IMG/VR virus record: IMGVR_UViG_3300032313_001465
Coordinates: 32,001-96,000 of that record
Length of the DNA stretch: 64,000 nucleotides
Direction: 5' to 3' (one strand)
Origin: a virus
This document shows, piece after piece, positions 45,762 to 57,618 of this stretch. A program made the position numbers and the translations under genes. The notes below the pieces were generated by a model, which did not search any database, was not told the origin of the DNA, and saw only the letters and a list, made by a program, of their open reading frames with translations. Position 1 is the first letter of the stretch, and each line of letters opens with the position of its first letter.

Positions 45762-46995
45762 GTATGGGTTTAGTGCATTAAATAATAATTTAAATTCATC
45801 TACTTCTAATTTAGGAAATAACTTACCTAATGTTAGTGCTAATAATACTGCGGTAAGAGTAAAAAGCATAGTTTTAGATGAAAATCATCCAAGATTTGAT
45901 GAGTTAGGAGGATGGAATGGGTTAGGAACTATAGAATTTCAAAGTGTTGAAAATCCTTTAGAATTAGCTATATATCCTACTGCTCGACCTATTTACCCTA
46001 ATGTAAAAAACTATCCATTAGAAAATGAGATTGTATTTTTAATGTCAATGCCTAATACTGGAATAGGTTCATCAACAACAAGTACTCAAAATTATTATAT
46101 AAGTGTAATATCTCTTTGGAATCATCCACATCATAATGGATATCCTTCAAACCCTAATACACCACCCCCTTCACAACAAAAAGACTATCAACAAACAGGA
46201 GATGGAAGTGTTAGAAGAGTAACAGATCAATCAACTGAAATAAATTTAGGAAAAACATTTAAAGAAAGATCAAATATTCACCCCCTATTACCATTTGAAG
46301 GAGATGTAATTCATGAAGGAAGATGGGGTAATAGTATTAGAATAGGTTCAACTGTTAAAAATACATCCAATACTTGGTCAAATAATGGTACGGATGGTGA
46401 TCCAATATTAATTATTAGAAATGGACAATCAGTAAATGTTAGTCCTGAAGGGTGGATTCCTATTATTGAAGATATTAATAATGATATATCATCACTATAT
46501 ATTACTAGTACTCAAAAATTACCATTAAAATCATCTACTCCTACTGATTATTTTAGTTATAAAATCGACAAACCTGATTCACCTAATCAATATAGTGGTC
46601 CTCAAATAATACTAAATTCAGGTCGTTTAGTATTTAATTCTAAAACAGATCATATATTATTAAGTTCTAAAAAATCAATAAATTTAAATGCTGTTGATTC
46701 TATAAATTTTGATACTGCAGGAAATGTAATAATACAATCTGGAAAATTATTCTTAGGATCAAAAGATGCTACTGAACCTGTATTATTAGGGGATACAACT
46801 ATTAAATTTCTAACAGAATTAGTTAATAGTTTAAATCAATTTATGATTGTATGTTCTAATGCAGTTTCAACAACTCCAGGCACTCCTATAGGTACATTAA
46901 ATGCAGCTGCTACTCAGATGAATGTATTTTTAGAAGATATAATTTCAAACAAAAAGCTTGAAGGTGCCAAGTCTAATAATAACTATACAATATAA
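45748..46995 (+). CDS. Baseplate hub/spike (gp5-like) protein
   Basis: OB-like N-terminus, EGDxxxEGRWGNSIR, NSGRLVFNSK beta-repeat region, EPVLLGD. Confidence 0.6.
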   Translation: MAKSRYGFSALNNNLNSSTSNLGNNLPNVSANNTAVRVKSIVLDENHPRFDELGGWNGLGTIEFQSVENPLELAIYPTARPIYPNVKNYPLENEIVFLMSMPNTGIGSSTTSTQNYYISVISLWNHPHHNGYPSNPNTPPPSQQKDYQQTGDGSVRRVTDQSTEINLGKTFKERSNIHPLLPFEGDVIHEGRWGNSIRIGSTVKNTSNTWSNNGTDGDPILIIRNGQSVNVSPEGWIPIIEDINNDISSLYITSTQKLPLKSSTPTDYFSYKIDKPDSPNQYSGPQIILNSGRLVFNSKTDHILLSSKKSINLNAVDSINFDTAGNVIIQSGKLFLGSKDATEPVLLGDTTIKFLTELVNSLNQFMIVCSNAVSTTPGTPIGTLNAAATQMNVFLEDIISNKKLEGAKSNNNYTI

Positions 46996-47930
46996 TGACA
47001 ACATCTAGAAAAACATCTCAAGAAATAGATGCTGAAATTAAAAAGAAAGCAGAAAAAGTTAGAATATCATTAGAAGGATTAAAAACATCTAGTGCTAAAG
47101 ATATTTTAAATGCCGTTCCTACTTCTTTAAAACTAACAGGTACCGCAAAAGTTCCAAAATTAATTTTAAGTTTAGGAATTCAAATATCAACATTATTACT
47201 TCCGCAAGCTTTAAGTTTATTACAAAAATTAAATGTATGTCCTACTGATGCTAAGTTAAAAGAAATAATAAATATAAGAAATGGAATAGTTAGATCACTT
47301 AATAGTATTTCAAAAACATTAAGTGTTTTGACAAAAATAATAGATGGAATTAATACTACTATTTCAACATTAACTGGAATTATTACTGGATTACAAGTAG
47401 CAAAAACAGTAGCTTCAGCCGCAGCCAAGGCATCCCCAGTAGTACCTGGAGCTATTCCTGCAACTTTAAGTGATTTAGGAGATCTTATTAATAAGTTAAC
47501 ATTTTCTACTACAGGTAAAGCTATTATAGAAAACTATAAATCAATAGTAGCTTCTGCCTCGTTATCTATATCAATGGTTAATAAAAATATTCTTCAGATT
47601 ATAACTGTTTTAAATAATATCGATAGTAAAATTAAAACATGTAATAAATATGTTTCAAACGATTTATCAACGATTTCCCCAGATTTAATCAAAATAGCCG
47701 ACCTACAAAAACAAGCAGAAAAAACGCAGAATAATACAACATACAGTGGCTTTATTATTGAAATAGAAAAAGTACCATATACTCCCACTGTAGATCGTAA
47801 ACGTGCAGTAGGTAAAAATCAAGACAACATTACATTAATTCAAACACCACTATCTTTTACAACCGATGATCAGATTTTAATAGAAGAACTCAAAATCATA
47901 ATTGATAAAGATAGCTTAAAAGCGTATTAA
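46995..47930 (+). CDS. Helical virion-associated protein
   Basis: Structural module context. Confidence 0.55.
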   Translation: MTTSRKTSQEIDAEIKKKAEKVRISLEGLKTSSAKDILNAVPTSLKLTGTAKVPKLILSLGIQISTLLLPQALSLLQKLNVCPTDAKLKEIINIRNGIVRSLNSISKTLSVLTKIIDGINTTISTLTGIITGLQVAKTVASAAAKASPVVPGAIPATLSDLGDLINKLTFSTTGKAIIENYKSIVASASLSISMVNKNILQIITVLNNIDSKIKTCNKYVSNDLSTISPDLIKIADLQKQAEKTQNNTTYSGFIIEIEKVPYTPTVDRKRAVGKNQDNITLIQTPLSFTTDDQILIEELKIIIDKDSLKAY

Positions 47931-47957
47931 AAGTTTTTTAATCAAATATTTATAAAC

Positions 47958-48302
47958 ATGGACGTAACAAAATTTAAAAAAATAATCAAAGAAGCAGTAA
48001 GAGAATCAATTCAAGAAGAATTAAAAGATATTCTTTTAGAAGCATTAAAATCACCAAAAGGAAATATGGTTAATGAGCAGATAAGAACAACCCCATTATT
48101 AGGCAGTTCTCAAGGTGAAATGAGTCCAATTGATCGTAGAACAGCAATCCAAAATATCTTAGGAGAAACTCAAAGAGCGTTTACTTCTAATGATGTTAAA
48201 ACTTTTGTTCCCACAAGTGTAGACCCAGTAAATGGAACTCTTCCTTCAGGAGATTTAGGTATGGATCAAATAATGAGTTTAATAGGTAAGAATAATAAAT
48301 AG
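47958..48302 (+). CDS. Hypothetical virion protein with IIKEAVRE leader
   Basis: Late motif upstream. Confidence 0.6.
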   Translation: MDVTKFKKIIKEAVRESIQEELKDILLEALKSPKGNMVNEQIRTTPLLGSSQGEMSPIDRRTAIQNILGETQRAFTSNDVKTFVPTSVDPVNGTLPSGDLGMDQIMSLIGKNNK

Positions 48303-48709
48303 TGGCATATAATCCTCGTAGAATATTTCCAATTGATACTAAGCCAAGTACGGCTGTTGGGGTTTCTCTTCCTTTTAATGCTCCAGGAACTTTTTTTTCA
48401 ACCTATACTACTCAAGATGCTATTAGAAATAATTTATTAAATTTTTTCCTTACAAATAGTACAGAGAGATTTTTAAATCCTGATTTTGGAGCTAATCTTA
48501 GATCTTTTATTTTTGAACAAATATCTAATGGAAATATTGAAGGATTAAAAGAAGATATTCAAAGTCAAGTAGCAATATACTTTCCTTCAGTTTCTATAGT
48601 TACTTTGGAAGTACTACAAAATCCGGATAATAATGAAATAATAGTTACTATGCAATATCAAGTAATACACACAGGGATAGTTGATCAAATTCAAATATCA
48701 TTTATATAA
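48302..48709 (+). CDS. Baseplate wedge subunit, gp25-like
   Basis: NLLNFFLTNSTERFLNPDFGANL..FIFE. Confidence 0.85.
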   Translation: MAYNPRRIFPIDTKPSTAVGVSLPFNAPGTFFSTYTTQDAIRNNLLNFFLTNSTERFLNPDFGANLRSFIFEQISNGNIEGLKEDIQSQVAIYFPSVSIVTLEVLQNPDNNEIIVTMQYQVIHTGIVDQIQISFI

Positions 48710-48710
48710 A

Positions 48711-50564
48711 ATGGCAGTAAAAAGAAATATAAAATATCTTAATAAAGATTTTACAGAATTTAGAGCTAGTCTTATTGATTATGCTAGAACATATTTTCCA
48801 ACAACCTATAATGACTTCAGTCCATCATCTCCAGGAATGATGTTTATGGAAATGGCAGCATATGTTGGTGATGTTTTATCTTTTTACCTTGATAATCAAA
48901 TTCAAGAAAATTATTTACAATATGCTCGTCAAAATAATAATTTATTTGAGTTAGCATATATGTTAGGATATAAACCCAACGTTACTCAAGTTGCTACTGC
49001 GGATATTGATTTTTTCCAACAGGTCCCATCAAAATTATCAGGTAGTACTTATATTCCTGATTTTGACTATACTCTTTTTATAAACGAGAATGCAGTAATT
49101 TCATCTCCATTAACAGGTGCTTCTAATTTTATTATAGAAGATCCCATAGATTTCTCAGTATCTAGTTCGGCTGATCCTACTGAAGTAAGTGTATATGCTA
49201 TCTCAGCTGGAAACCCAACATTTTTCCTTTTAAAGAAAACAAGAAAAGCAATTTCATCCACAATTAACACTACTACTTTTAGCTTTGGTAGTCCGGTTAA
49301 ATTTTCAACGGTTAATATTAATGCAAATAGAATAGTAGGAATATTAGATGTGATGGATTCTGATAATAATGAATGGTATGAGGTAGATTATTTAGCACAA
49401 GAAACAATTTATGATTCTATAAAGAATACAAATGCGAATGATCCTAATTTTAGTTCGGCAGGAGATACTCCGTATTTATTAAAATTAAAAAAAGTACAAA
49501 GGAGATTTGCAACAAGGTTTATAGATTCTGGATCTTTACAGTTACAATTTGGTGCAGGAACTTCTAGTGATACAGACGAAACAGTAGTACCTAATCCTGA
49601 TAATGTAGGTTTAGGATTGCCATTTGAAAGGCAAAAACTTAATACAGCATATTCTCCTTCTAACTTTATTTTTACTAAAACATATGGAATTGCTCCCTCC
49701 AATACTACTCTAACTGTTAGATATTTAACTGGAGGAGGAGCAACAGCAAATACTCCAGCAAATACATTAACTAAAATCTCAGGAGATATTAAATTTCTTA
49801 AAAACAATCTAAATACAAGTACTGCTAATTATATTTTTGCATCATTAGCAGTAAACAATGCATCCGCAGCTGATGGAGGAGGGGATGGAGATACAATAGA
49901 AGAAATTCGTCAAAATGCCTCTGCTAATTTTAGTACCCAATTAAGAAACGTAACATCAGATGATTATTTAGTTAGAGTACTATCAATGCCTGCCAAATAT
50001 GGAGCCATTGCTAAGGCATTTGTTGAAACAACAAAAGCACAAAACATCTCAGTAGGTGAAACTAATTCAATTTTAGATTTATATGCTTTGAGTTATAATG
50101 CTGATAAAACATTACGAGTCCCTTCTACTGCCCTAAAACAAAACATTTCAACTTATTTATCTCAATATAGAATGATAAATGATGTCGTAAATATAAAAGA
50201 CGGATTTATAATTAATATTGGAGTTAACTTTGAAATAATAGTATTACCCGATTATAATAATAACGAAGTTTTAATTAATTGCATTACTGCTTTAAAAAAT
50301 TATTTTGCTATAGATAACTGGCAAATAAATCAACCTATTCTTTTAAAAGATTTAAATTTATTACTAGATAGAATAGAAGGAGTACAAACAGTAAATAAAG
50401 TAGAAATAGTAAATAAAGTAGGAGAAAATTTAGGATATAGTAAATATGCATATGATATACAAGCAGCAACTATTAATAATGTAGTTTATCCTAGTTTAGA
50501 CCCCAGTATTTTTGAAGTTAAGTATCTCAATACAGATATTGTTGGAAGAGTTAGTAGTTTTTAG
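48711..50564 (+). CDS. Baseplate wedge protein (gp6/baseplate J-like)
   Basis: KDFxxFRxxL, DFS.SSPGMMFMEMAAYVGDVLSFY, QFG.G, RNVTxDDY; ATG 48711. Confidence 0.85.
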   Translation: MAVKRNIKYLNKDFTEFRASLIDYARTYFPTTYNDFSPSSPGMMFMEMAAYVGDVLSFYLDNQIQENYLQYARQNNNLFELAYMLGYKPNVTQVATADIDFFQQVPSKLSGSTYIPDFDYTLFINENAVISSPLTGASNFIIEDPIDFSVSSSADPTEVSVYAISAGNPTFFLLKKTRKAISSTINTTTFSFGSPVKFSTVNINANRIVGILDVMDSDNNEWYEVDYLAQETIYDSIKNTNANDPNFSSAGDTPYLLKLKKVQRRFATRFIDSGSLQLQFGAGTSSDTDETVVPNPDNVGLGLPFERQKLNTAYSPSNFIFTKTYGIAPSNTTLTVRYLTGGGATANTPANTLTKISGDIKFLKNNLNTSTANYIFASLAVNNASAADGGGDGDTIEEIRQNASANFSTQLRNVTSDDYLVRVLSMPAKYGAIAKAFVETTKAQNISVGETNSILDLYALSYNADKTLRVPSTALKQNISTYLSQYRMINDVVNIKDGFIINIGVNFEIIVLPDYNNNEVLINCITALKNYFAIDNWQINQPILLKDLNLLLDRIEGVQTVNKVEIVNKVGENLGYSKYAYDIQAATINNVVYPSLDPSIFEVKYLNTDIVGRVSSF

Positions 50565-50587
50565 TATAATAAATAAATAAATAAAGA

Positions 50588-51700
50588 ATGGCTGTATATA
50601 AAATTTTCCCTGAAAAAGACGCAACTCTATATTCATTATATGAAGAAATGAATACCGGATTGGATGAAATCCTAGAGGCATCATTAGTTGTAGGAGATTT
50701 AGGTAAACCTGCTCCTCAAGCAAGTAGGTTTTTGATCCAATTTTTCACAAGTGAAATTAACGATGTAATAAACACTAAAATTTCAAGTTCAACTTGGCAA
50801 TCTAATCTAAGATGTTTTGTGGCCAATGAAGACGGATTAAATTTAGATACCACAATTGTGGTATTTCCAGTATCCGGATCATGGAATATGGGAACAGGTA
50901 AGTTTTCTAACTCACCTGAAACTCAAAATGGATGTAGTTGGGTATGGAGAGATTATCAAGGTTCTACTAGATGGACAACTTCTTCTTTTGCAGCTGGAAG
51001 TACAGGTTCATATTCTACATCATCAGATGCTGGTGGAGGAACTTGGTATATTTCAGGTTCATATAGTGGTTCTCAAACATTTGGATATTGGAGTGATAAA
51101 GATATAAACATAAATGTAACTAATGTAGTAAGTGCTTGGTATTCTGGTTCTATTCCTAATAATGGATTTATCCTAAAACAAGATTTAGAATTTGTTGATA
51201 ATGTAAATGTACAACCAAATATAAAATATTTTTCAGTAGATACCCACACTATTTATCCTCCATGTTTAGAATTTAAATGGATAGATTTTACATTTAATAC
51301 TGGTTCATCAACTCAAACTATCATAAATACTATCCCTGCTACTATCTCAGTAGCCGAAAACCCAGGTATTTTTTATCCAAGTAGTATTAATAAATTTAGA
51401 GTAAATGCTAGGCCTACTTACCCTAATAGAGTATTCTCAACATCCTCATATTTTACAAATAATTATTATTTACCTACAAGTTCATATTATGCTGTAAAGG
51501 ATTTGACTACTAATGACTATATAATAGATTTTGATACCCAATATACTAAATTAAGTGCTGATGCTACTAGTAGCTATTTTAATCTTGATATGAGTGGATT
51601 TGAAAAAGAAAGATATTATGAAATCTTTATAAAAACCACTATAGATGGTTCAACATTTGAATTTAATGATAATTTTTATTTTAAAATAGTAAATGGATAA
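50588..51700 (+). CDS. Virion structural protein (DNRLRE-like beta domain)
   Basis: KDATLY, SRFLIQF, W..G.G, NNGFILK, FS......PxL. Confidence 0.55.
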   Translation: MAVYKIFPEKDATLYSLYEEMNTGLDEILEASLVVGDLGKPAPQASRFLIQFFTSEINDVINTKISSSTWQSNLRCFVANEDGLNLDTTIVVFPVSGSWNMGTGKFSNSPETQNGCSWVWRDYQGSTRWTTSSFAAGSTGSYSTSSDAGGGTWYISGSYSGSQTFGYWSDKDININVTNVVSAWYSGSIPNNGFILKQDLEFVDNVNVQPNIKYFSVDTHTIYPPCLEFKWIDFTFNTGSSTQTIINTIPATISVAENPGIFYPSSINKFRVNARPTYPNRVFSTSSYFTNNYYLPTSSYYAVKDLTTNDYIIDFDTQYTKLSADATSSYFNLDMSGFEKERYYEIFIKTTIDGSTFEFNDNFYFKIVNG

Positions 51701-52025
51701 GATTAATTTAACAAAAAAAGTATATAGTAAGAATCAATACCCAAAAGTAATTGATACTTCATTTACACAACTAATCGATCCAGTTGTAGATGTTACTCAA
51801 CCTACTATTTCAGTTGAAGATTTCTTTAACTATTATCAGGAATTATTTTATATTATACCTCAGTTTGGAGATATAAATTCTCATGAGTATCTTATAAAAA
51901 CAAGTACTGCATATATAGGTAACGCTCAAAATGATGAATTAATACAATCGTTATTAGAAGAAATAACACAACTTAAAGGTGAAAATGTAAGTTTACTTCA
52001 AACAATTACAACTTTACAAAAATAA
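51693..52025 (+). CDS. Virion-associated hypothetical protein
   Basis: Structural module. Confidence 0.6.
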   Translation: MDKINLTKKVYSKNQYPKVIDTSFTQLIDPVVDVTQPTISVEDFFNYYQELFYIIPQFGDINSHEYLIKTSTAYIGNAQNDELIQSLLEEITQLKGENVSLLQTITTLQK

Positions 52026-52026
52026 A

Positions 52027-55000
52027 ATGGCCAAAATAGTTAATATAAACCCAATAGATCCAATAACTTTTGAATATCAAGAATATTCATCAGAAGATAA
52101 CAATTTAATAGCATCAACAAACATTGATGTTGCATTTGATCCTTCAACTGATTATCTTGAGTATTTTATTTTAGATAGTAATCAAAATATTTTAAGTTCA
52201 AATGTTTTTGGTTATCCCAACTATAAGTTAATAGACAACGTTGTAACTATAGATCCTGAAGGAGATTTACAATCATTTGGATACGACATAGGAAATTACA
52301 ATACAGTATATAATTTTCTAAGAAAAAGACTAAGTTCTTCAGTAACCAATAAATATTATATTGATCAAATTAGTCCTGATAGAACTGAAATTAGGTTAAA
52401 TACTACTTCTATTACAAACACAGAGGTAGTAAGTTCAACTAATGATTTTATCTCTTACATACAAAATGATCCTGGAGGATATTTAGACTTTTATTTAGAT
52501 TTTAATGATAATAAATTATTAATAGCAAATAATATTTTATTAGATAATACTAATCCGGATGACCCAACAGTTTTAATTAAATTATATGAGCCCCTACCTG
52601 CAGAATTTGATATTAAAAGTGAATGTTGGGTAGTAGAAAAAATATCGGATACTATAGCTTATTCTATTAATTCTTTTGAAACGTTTGAATTTACAGACAA
52701 TAATATTTATTTATCTGGACCTAATACAAATATAGGAATAAAAGACCAAATAAATAATTCTACAGGGTATAGTAATTATAATTCATTAACTTCTAATACT
52801 TCAGTGTTAGGAACGGGAAGTTTATTTTATCAAGCAAAAAGTATTTTAGCCGAAAAAGGAATTGAAATTAATATAGATTACTCAGATTATTCTCAATTTG
52901 TAAACTTCTCATCAGCATATACTAGATTAGAAAACTTCTACTATAAACTTTCACTATTAGAACAATATCAAGTAAGTTCTAGTTTTGGAGGATCTTCGGG
53001 TTATTATTTATCTTCTAGTAATGATTTATGGTTAAATAAAATAAATGACATCATAACTAATTTTGATGGTTATGAATATTATTTATATTTTGAGTCATCA
53101 AGTACCGCTTGGCCTAAAAGTAATAGTGTATTTCCATACAGAAATGTTATATCAACTTCAGCAGCCGGATTAACCTGGTTATCAGGACAATTAAGTACAG
53201 CATCACTATATGATGAAGAAAATTCAAACTATTTAATAAATACAATACCTGAATATTTAAGAGAAGATTCAAATAACGATAAGTATAAATTATTTGTTGA
53301 GATGATAGGACAACACTTTGATAGTGTTTGGGTTTATCTTAAGGATGTAACTAATAAATCTAATGCTGATAATCGTTTAGATTATGGAGTATCAAAAGAT
53401 ATAGTAGCTGATATTTTAAGAGATTTAGGTGTAAAAATATACCAAAATAATTTTTCAACAAACGATCTATATTCAGCTTTAATAGGTATAACACCAACCG
53501 GAAATTTATATAACTTACCATATACAACAGGTTCGTTACCTACTCCAAGTGAATATGAATATATAAATTCTTATGTAACTTCTAACGCAACTGGATCTCT
53601 TGTTCCTGTTGATGATATTAATAAAGAAATTTATAAAAGAATTTATCATAATTTACCATATCTTCTTAAGAAAAAAGGCACAGTAGAAGGATTAAGAGCA
53701 TTAATTACAACTTATGGAATACCTGATACTATTTTAAGAATAAATGAATTTGGAGGAAAAGACAAAAATAGTAATACTTGGGATAGTTGGCAAGATGTAT
53801 ATGATTATGCTCTTAGATTTACTACATATGGAAGTGTATATGGTTCTTTTATTTTAAATAGTTTATGGCCTACTACGTTTGGAAATACACCTAACACAAT
53901 ACAATTTAGATTTAAAACTGACGGAGCCCCAACAGGTTCATATATTACATCGTCTTTAAACCAAAGTTTATTTTATGGAGATATGGGTATATATCTCTCA
54001 TTAAGATATAATGGGTCTGGTTCAACTACAGGCTCATACTCTGGAGCTCCTATTGACCCATATAACAAATATGGATATCTAGATCTTTCAATAGATGGAT
54101 TTACATCTCAAAGTTTATATTTACCATTCTTTAATGGTGATTGGTGGTCAGTTCAAGTTACTAAAACCGATATTAATAACCTTACTGGAAGTTTTGTTTT
54201 ATATTCTGCCAACAAACAGTATATCGGAGAGGATGGAAATATAATAGGTTTTAATAGTTCATCTTCTATGAACTCAGACCCATCAGGGTGGAATACAAGT
54301 ACATCTTGGCAAATGGGATATACTGGAGGTCCTGTATTTAAAGGAAATATACAAGAACTAAGATTTTATAGTCAAATTTTAAATAAAGATTCATTCTTTA
54401 AATATACTATGAATCCTAATTCTATTGAAGTTAATGAAATAAATGGTGCTGGAAATCATCTAGCTTTTAGAGCTTCTTTAGGTGGTGAATTATATACTGG
54501 TTCAAAATCCATTCATCCAAAAGTAACTGGTTCATGGGTTTCTACTTCATCTTTTGCATCTAATAGTAATTTTACAATAGATAGTTGTTCATTTGAATCT
54601 AATACTGAAGTAATATTTTATGATCAAGTAACATCTGGTATTAGGAACGCAATATCAAACAAGATAAAACAAAAATCAAACATTTTACCATATAGTGGTA
54701 GCGACTCCAATACCTTCAATTCAGATGTATTATCACCGTTTAAATCGCTTCAACAATCGTTTTCAATAAGTGAAAGTTATACTAGAGATATAGATTATGT
54801 TGAAATAGCATTTTCCCCTCAAAATGAAATAAATGAAGATATTAATTCTTCAATTGGGTATTTTAATATTGGAGAATATATAGGAGATCCAAGAAATCAA
54901 AGTACAGATTTAACTTATTATCCGGATTTAAATGTTTTAAGAGATGAATATTTTAAAAAATATACTCATAACTATGATATATGGGATTATACAAGATTAA

Positions 55001-57576
55001 TCAAATATCTTGATAATTCATTATTTAAAATGTTACAAGATTGGGTTCCAGCTCACACAGACTTAGCATCCGGCATTGTTATTAAACAACATTTACTTGA
55101 AAGAAATAAATATCCAGTACCTCAATTAACTCAATCTCAATATTACTATACAGCATCTATAGGAAGTTCGGGTTCAATGTTAAATGATCAAAAAATATAT
55201 ATTTCATCAACAGATCAACAATCATTTCCATTAGAAACTTTTGGTGGTGGTACAGCAGGTGTTATGCCGGATTTACCAGGAACTTCTTCTATTAATTTAT
55301 TTGTAAATATAAACCAAAACTGGTCAGGTTCTAATAATACAGTTTTAGGTATAGTTCCATTTATTCATAAAACACAAGACGAATTTTATAATGGAGAATT
55401 TAGTGGTTCTATTCTTCAAGTATCTCATCAAAGTCTTGTTGATATTGATTGTTTAGAATTATTACATGCCTCATCAACAGCTACTAGTTATAAAACAATA
55501 TATTATAGAACTACTGATTTTGAAATACCATCTGGTTCTGCTTGGTATTCAGCATCTTTCCCTTTATTAAATAGTGTTAATGCCGTTAATAATCAAATTA
55601 ATTCATTCCTTAACTCTAATACCTCACCAAATAGTGGTGAAATATATATCTTTCAAAGAAATCCAACTGGCTATTTCTCTGGATTACCATCAGCAACTGA
55701 TATAACGAGATATCCTCAATTTCAACCATATGGAGTTAATTATATTAAAATAAGCAAAACAGATTCAACAGGATTAGATAATACTATTCCTTTAGGATTA
55801 GTAGATAATATAAGGATAAAATTTACAGATATTTTAGCAGGTGTAGATCATGCTGTTTTAAGCATAACTGAATATCCTACTTATTACTTATATAATATTT
55901 CTCCAGCACAAGATATTATTTCAACAAACACTGAAATATTAAATTATAGATCATCTGCTTCTTTTTCAGGTACAAAAGTAATAAATTCCCCTTTTAAAAC
56001 AATAATAGATAATTATAATTCAATAAGCGGAAATACACTTAGTTATTTTAACACTAGTTCGGGTTTATATACATTAAATAATACTCCAAATATCCCAACA
56101 ATATTTTCAGCATCAATAACCACAGACGTTAATAACCCAGGTACTCCTGGGGATGTAGGATATGTTTATATAGTAAAAAAAGACTCAAGTGGATTAGAAA
56201 CTATTCTTAAAACTGAAATTTTTAATATAGTATCTGTAACTTCAATAAATACTAATATTTCTGCTTCTTATTTTGGAATCAAAGGAGACACTATAGGTTT
56301 ATATTCTGCCGCCGGAATAGGCTTGTCATTCAATATGCGTAATGCTAGTTTTTTAATAACTCAATCTATAACCCCAATATCTGGCACAGTTAATCCTTTA
56401 ATAATACCTGAACCATATATTGTAGAAGCAGGATACTATAATAGTGATTGTAATCCACTAATTAATAATGTTTTAGAAGCAAGTTCTAATAATGGTTTAT
56501 ATATGGATGTCGATTATTCTGATAATAATATAATAGCATTAAATCAATCTGGAATTTTAGCGGGTACAGCAACTTTAGCAAATATAAACTTATGGAATTA
56601 TTCATATGATTCACATATTAATGCTCGATATGTAGGAACAAAACAATTCCAAACTGCAAGTAATAAATATACTGCTGGAGATACAGCCTTTGGTAAAGAA
56701 CCACTTATTCAATCTTTAGATTCTTGTATATATGAAAAACTATGGGGAGGTAGTGGTTATCCTGAAAATACATCTGGAGGTAATATTCAATTATCAAATA
56801 TTTTATTAGTAGGAGATAATAAAGATAGTATAACTGTAATCTCACCTTCTGACCCAGCATATAATGATACTATAGGAAGAGGCTTTAAACAATCTGTAGG
56901 ACAAGCAGCATCAATGCAAAATTTCCAATATAATAATACAACTAATTTAATTTCACCACTACCTATTTTACACACAAATTTAGCAATGCAAGATGCAGCA
57001 TATTGGGTTCCAACAAATTATGATAAACCAGTAGGTAGTCCTGTAGCTAATGTAGTAGTTTCTGAAAATAAAATGTATCTTACAGCATCAAGTAATATCC
57101 AACTTGCTACAAGAAATTCTTCCAATCAACAAGTTTCATCTTCTACTACAGTTACAATGGGTGCAGCTTCAATGGTTATTACTAGTTCATTTTATAATGG
57201 TGATAGGTGGTTTGTAAGTTTTTATAATAATTTAGGAGGCATAGCTACAGGAAATTTATATGCGGGCGGAGTATTTTATGGTCCACCTTGGGAAATAACA
57301 TACGCTGGAACTCCTGGTTCATACAATACTTATAATATAATAAATCCTCCAGGATATAACATTGCTGATTATTTAAGTGATTTCCAAATAGGAGTTGGTA
57401 CTGGTATATTATTATTTAAAGGAATCCCATCTCCAGGTACTATGGTAATTTACGGCCCAGGTGGTGATAGATTCAGTAATTCAGGTCCGGGATACATGTT
57501 AGATTTATATCCGAAAAAAATAATTACTGATAATGTTCAATACATTACTAAAACTTATGGTTCAAACCCTAATTAA
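52027..57576 (+). CDS. Large baseplate/tail structural protein (1849 aa)
   Basis: IPEYL, MIGQHFD, LLKKKGTVEGLRALIxxYG tail-protein motif, LamG-like segment, S/T/N-rich C-half. Confidence 0.7.
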   Translation: MAKIVNINPIDPITFEYQEYSSEDNNLIASTNIDVAFDPSTDYLEYFILDSNQNILSSNVFGYPNYKLIDNVVTIDPEGDLQSFGYDIGNYNTVYNFLRKRLSSSVTNKYYIDQISPDRTEIRLNTTSITNTEVVSSTNDFISYIQNDPGGYLDFYLDFNDNKLLIANNILLDNTNPDDPTVLIKLYEPLPAEFDIKSECWVVEKISDTIAYSINSFETFEFTDNNIYLSGPNTNIGIKDQINNSTGYSNYNSLTSNTSVLGTGSLFYQAKSILAEKGIEINIDYSDYSQFVNFSSAYTRLENFYYKLSLLEQYQVSSSFGGSSGYYLSSSNDLWLNKINDIITNFDGYEYYLYFESSSTAWPKSNSVFPYRNVISTSAAGLTWLSGQLSTASLYDEENSNYLINTIPEYLREDSNNDKYKLFVEMIGQHFDSVWVYLKDVTNKSNADNRLDYGVSKDIVADILRDLGVKIYQNNFSTNDLYSALIGITPTGNLYNLPYTTGSLPTPSEYEYINSYVTSNATGSLVPVDDINKEIYKRIYHNLPYLLKKKGTVEGLRALITTYGIPDTILRINEFGGKDKNSNTWDSWQDVYDYALRFTTYGSVYGSFILNSLWPTTFGNTPNTIQFRFKTDGAPTGSYITSSLNQSLFYGDMGIYLSLRYNGSGSTTGSYSGAPIDPYNKYGYLDLSIDGFTSQSLYLPFFNGDWWSVQVTKTDINNLTGSFVLYSANKQYIGEDGNIIGFNSSSSMNSDPSGWNTSTSWQMGYTGGPVFKGNIQELRFYSQILNKDSFFKYTMNPNSIEVNEINGAGNHLAFRASLGGELYTGSKSIHPKVTGSWVSTSSFASNSNFTIDSCSFESNTEVIFYDQVTSGIRNAISNKIKQKSNILPYSGSDSNTFNSDVLSPFKSLQQSFSISESYTRDIDYVEIAFSPQNEINEDINSSIGYFNIGEYIGDPRNQSTDLTYYPDLNVLRDEYFKKYTHNYDIWDYTRLIKYLDNSLFKMLQDWVPAHTDLASGIVIKQHLLERNKYPVPQLTQSQYYYTASIGSSGSMLNDQKIYISSTDQQSFPLETFGGGTAGVMPDLPGTSSINLFVNINQNWSGSNNTVLGIVPFIHKTQDEFYNGEFSGSILQVSHQSLVDIDCLELLHASSTATSYKTIYYRTTDFEIPSGSAWYSASFPLLNSVNAVNNQINSFLNSNTSPNSGEIYIFQRNPTGYFSGLPSATDITRYPQFQPYGVNYIKISKTDSTGLDNTIPLGLVDNIRIKFTDILAGVDHAVLSITEYPTYYLYNISPAQDIISTNTEILNYRSSASFSGTKVINSPFKTIIDNYNSISGNTLSYFNTSSGLYTLNNTPNIPTIFSASITTDVNNPGTPGDVGYVYIVKKDSSGLETILKTEIFNIVSVTSINTNISASYFGIKGDTIGLYSAAGIGLSFNMRNASFLITQSITPISGTVNPLIIPEPYIVEAGYYNSDCNPLINNVLEASSNNGLYMDVDYSDNNIIALNQSGILAGTATLANINLWNYSYDSHINARYVGTKQFQTASNKYTAGDTAFGKEPLIQSLDSCIYEKLWGGSGYPENTSGGNIQLSNILLVGDNKDSITVISPSDPAYNDTIGRGFKQSVGQAASMQNFQYNNTTNLISPLPILHTNLAMQDAAYWVPTNYDKPVGSPVANVVVSENKMYLTASSNIQLATRNSSNQQVSSSTTVTMGAASMVITSSFYNGDRWFVSFYNNLGGIATGNLYAGGVFYGPPWEITYAGTPGSYNTYNIINPPGYNIADYLSDFQIGVGTGILLFKGIPSPGTMVIYGPGGDRFSNSGPGYMLDLYPKKIITDNVQYITKTYGSNPN

Positions 57577-57618
57577 AAAACATAAAATTTATATATTTAT
57601 AACAAAAACATAAAATAA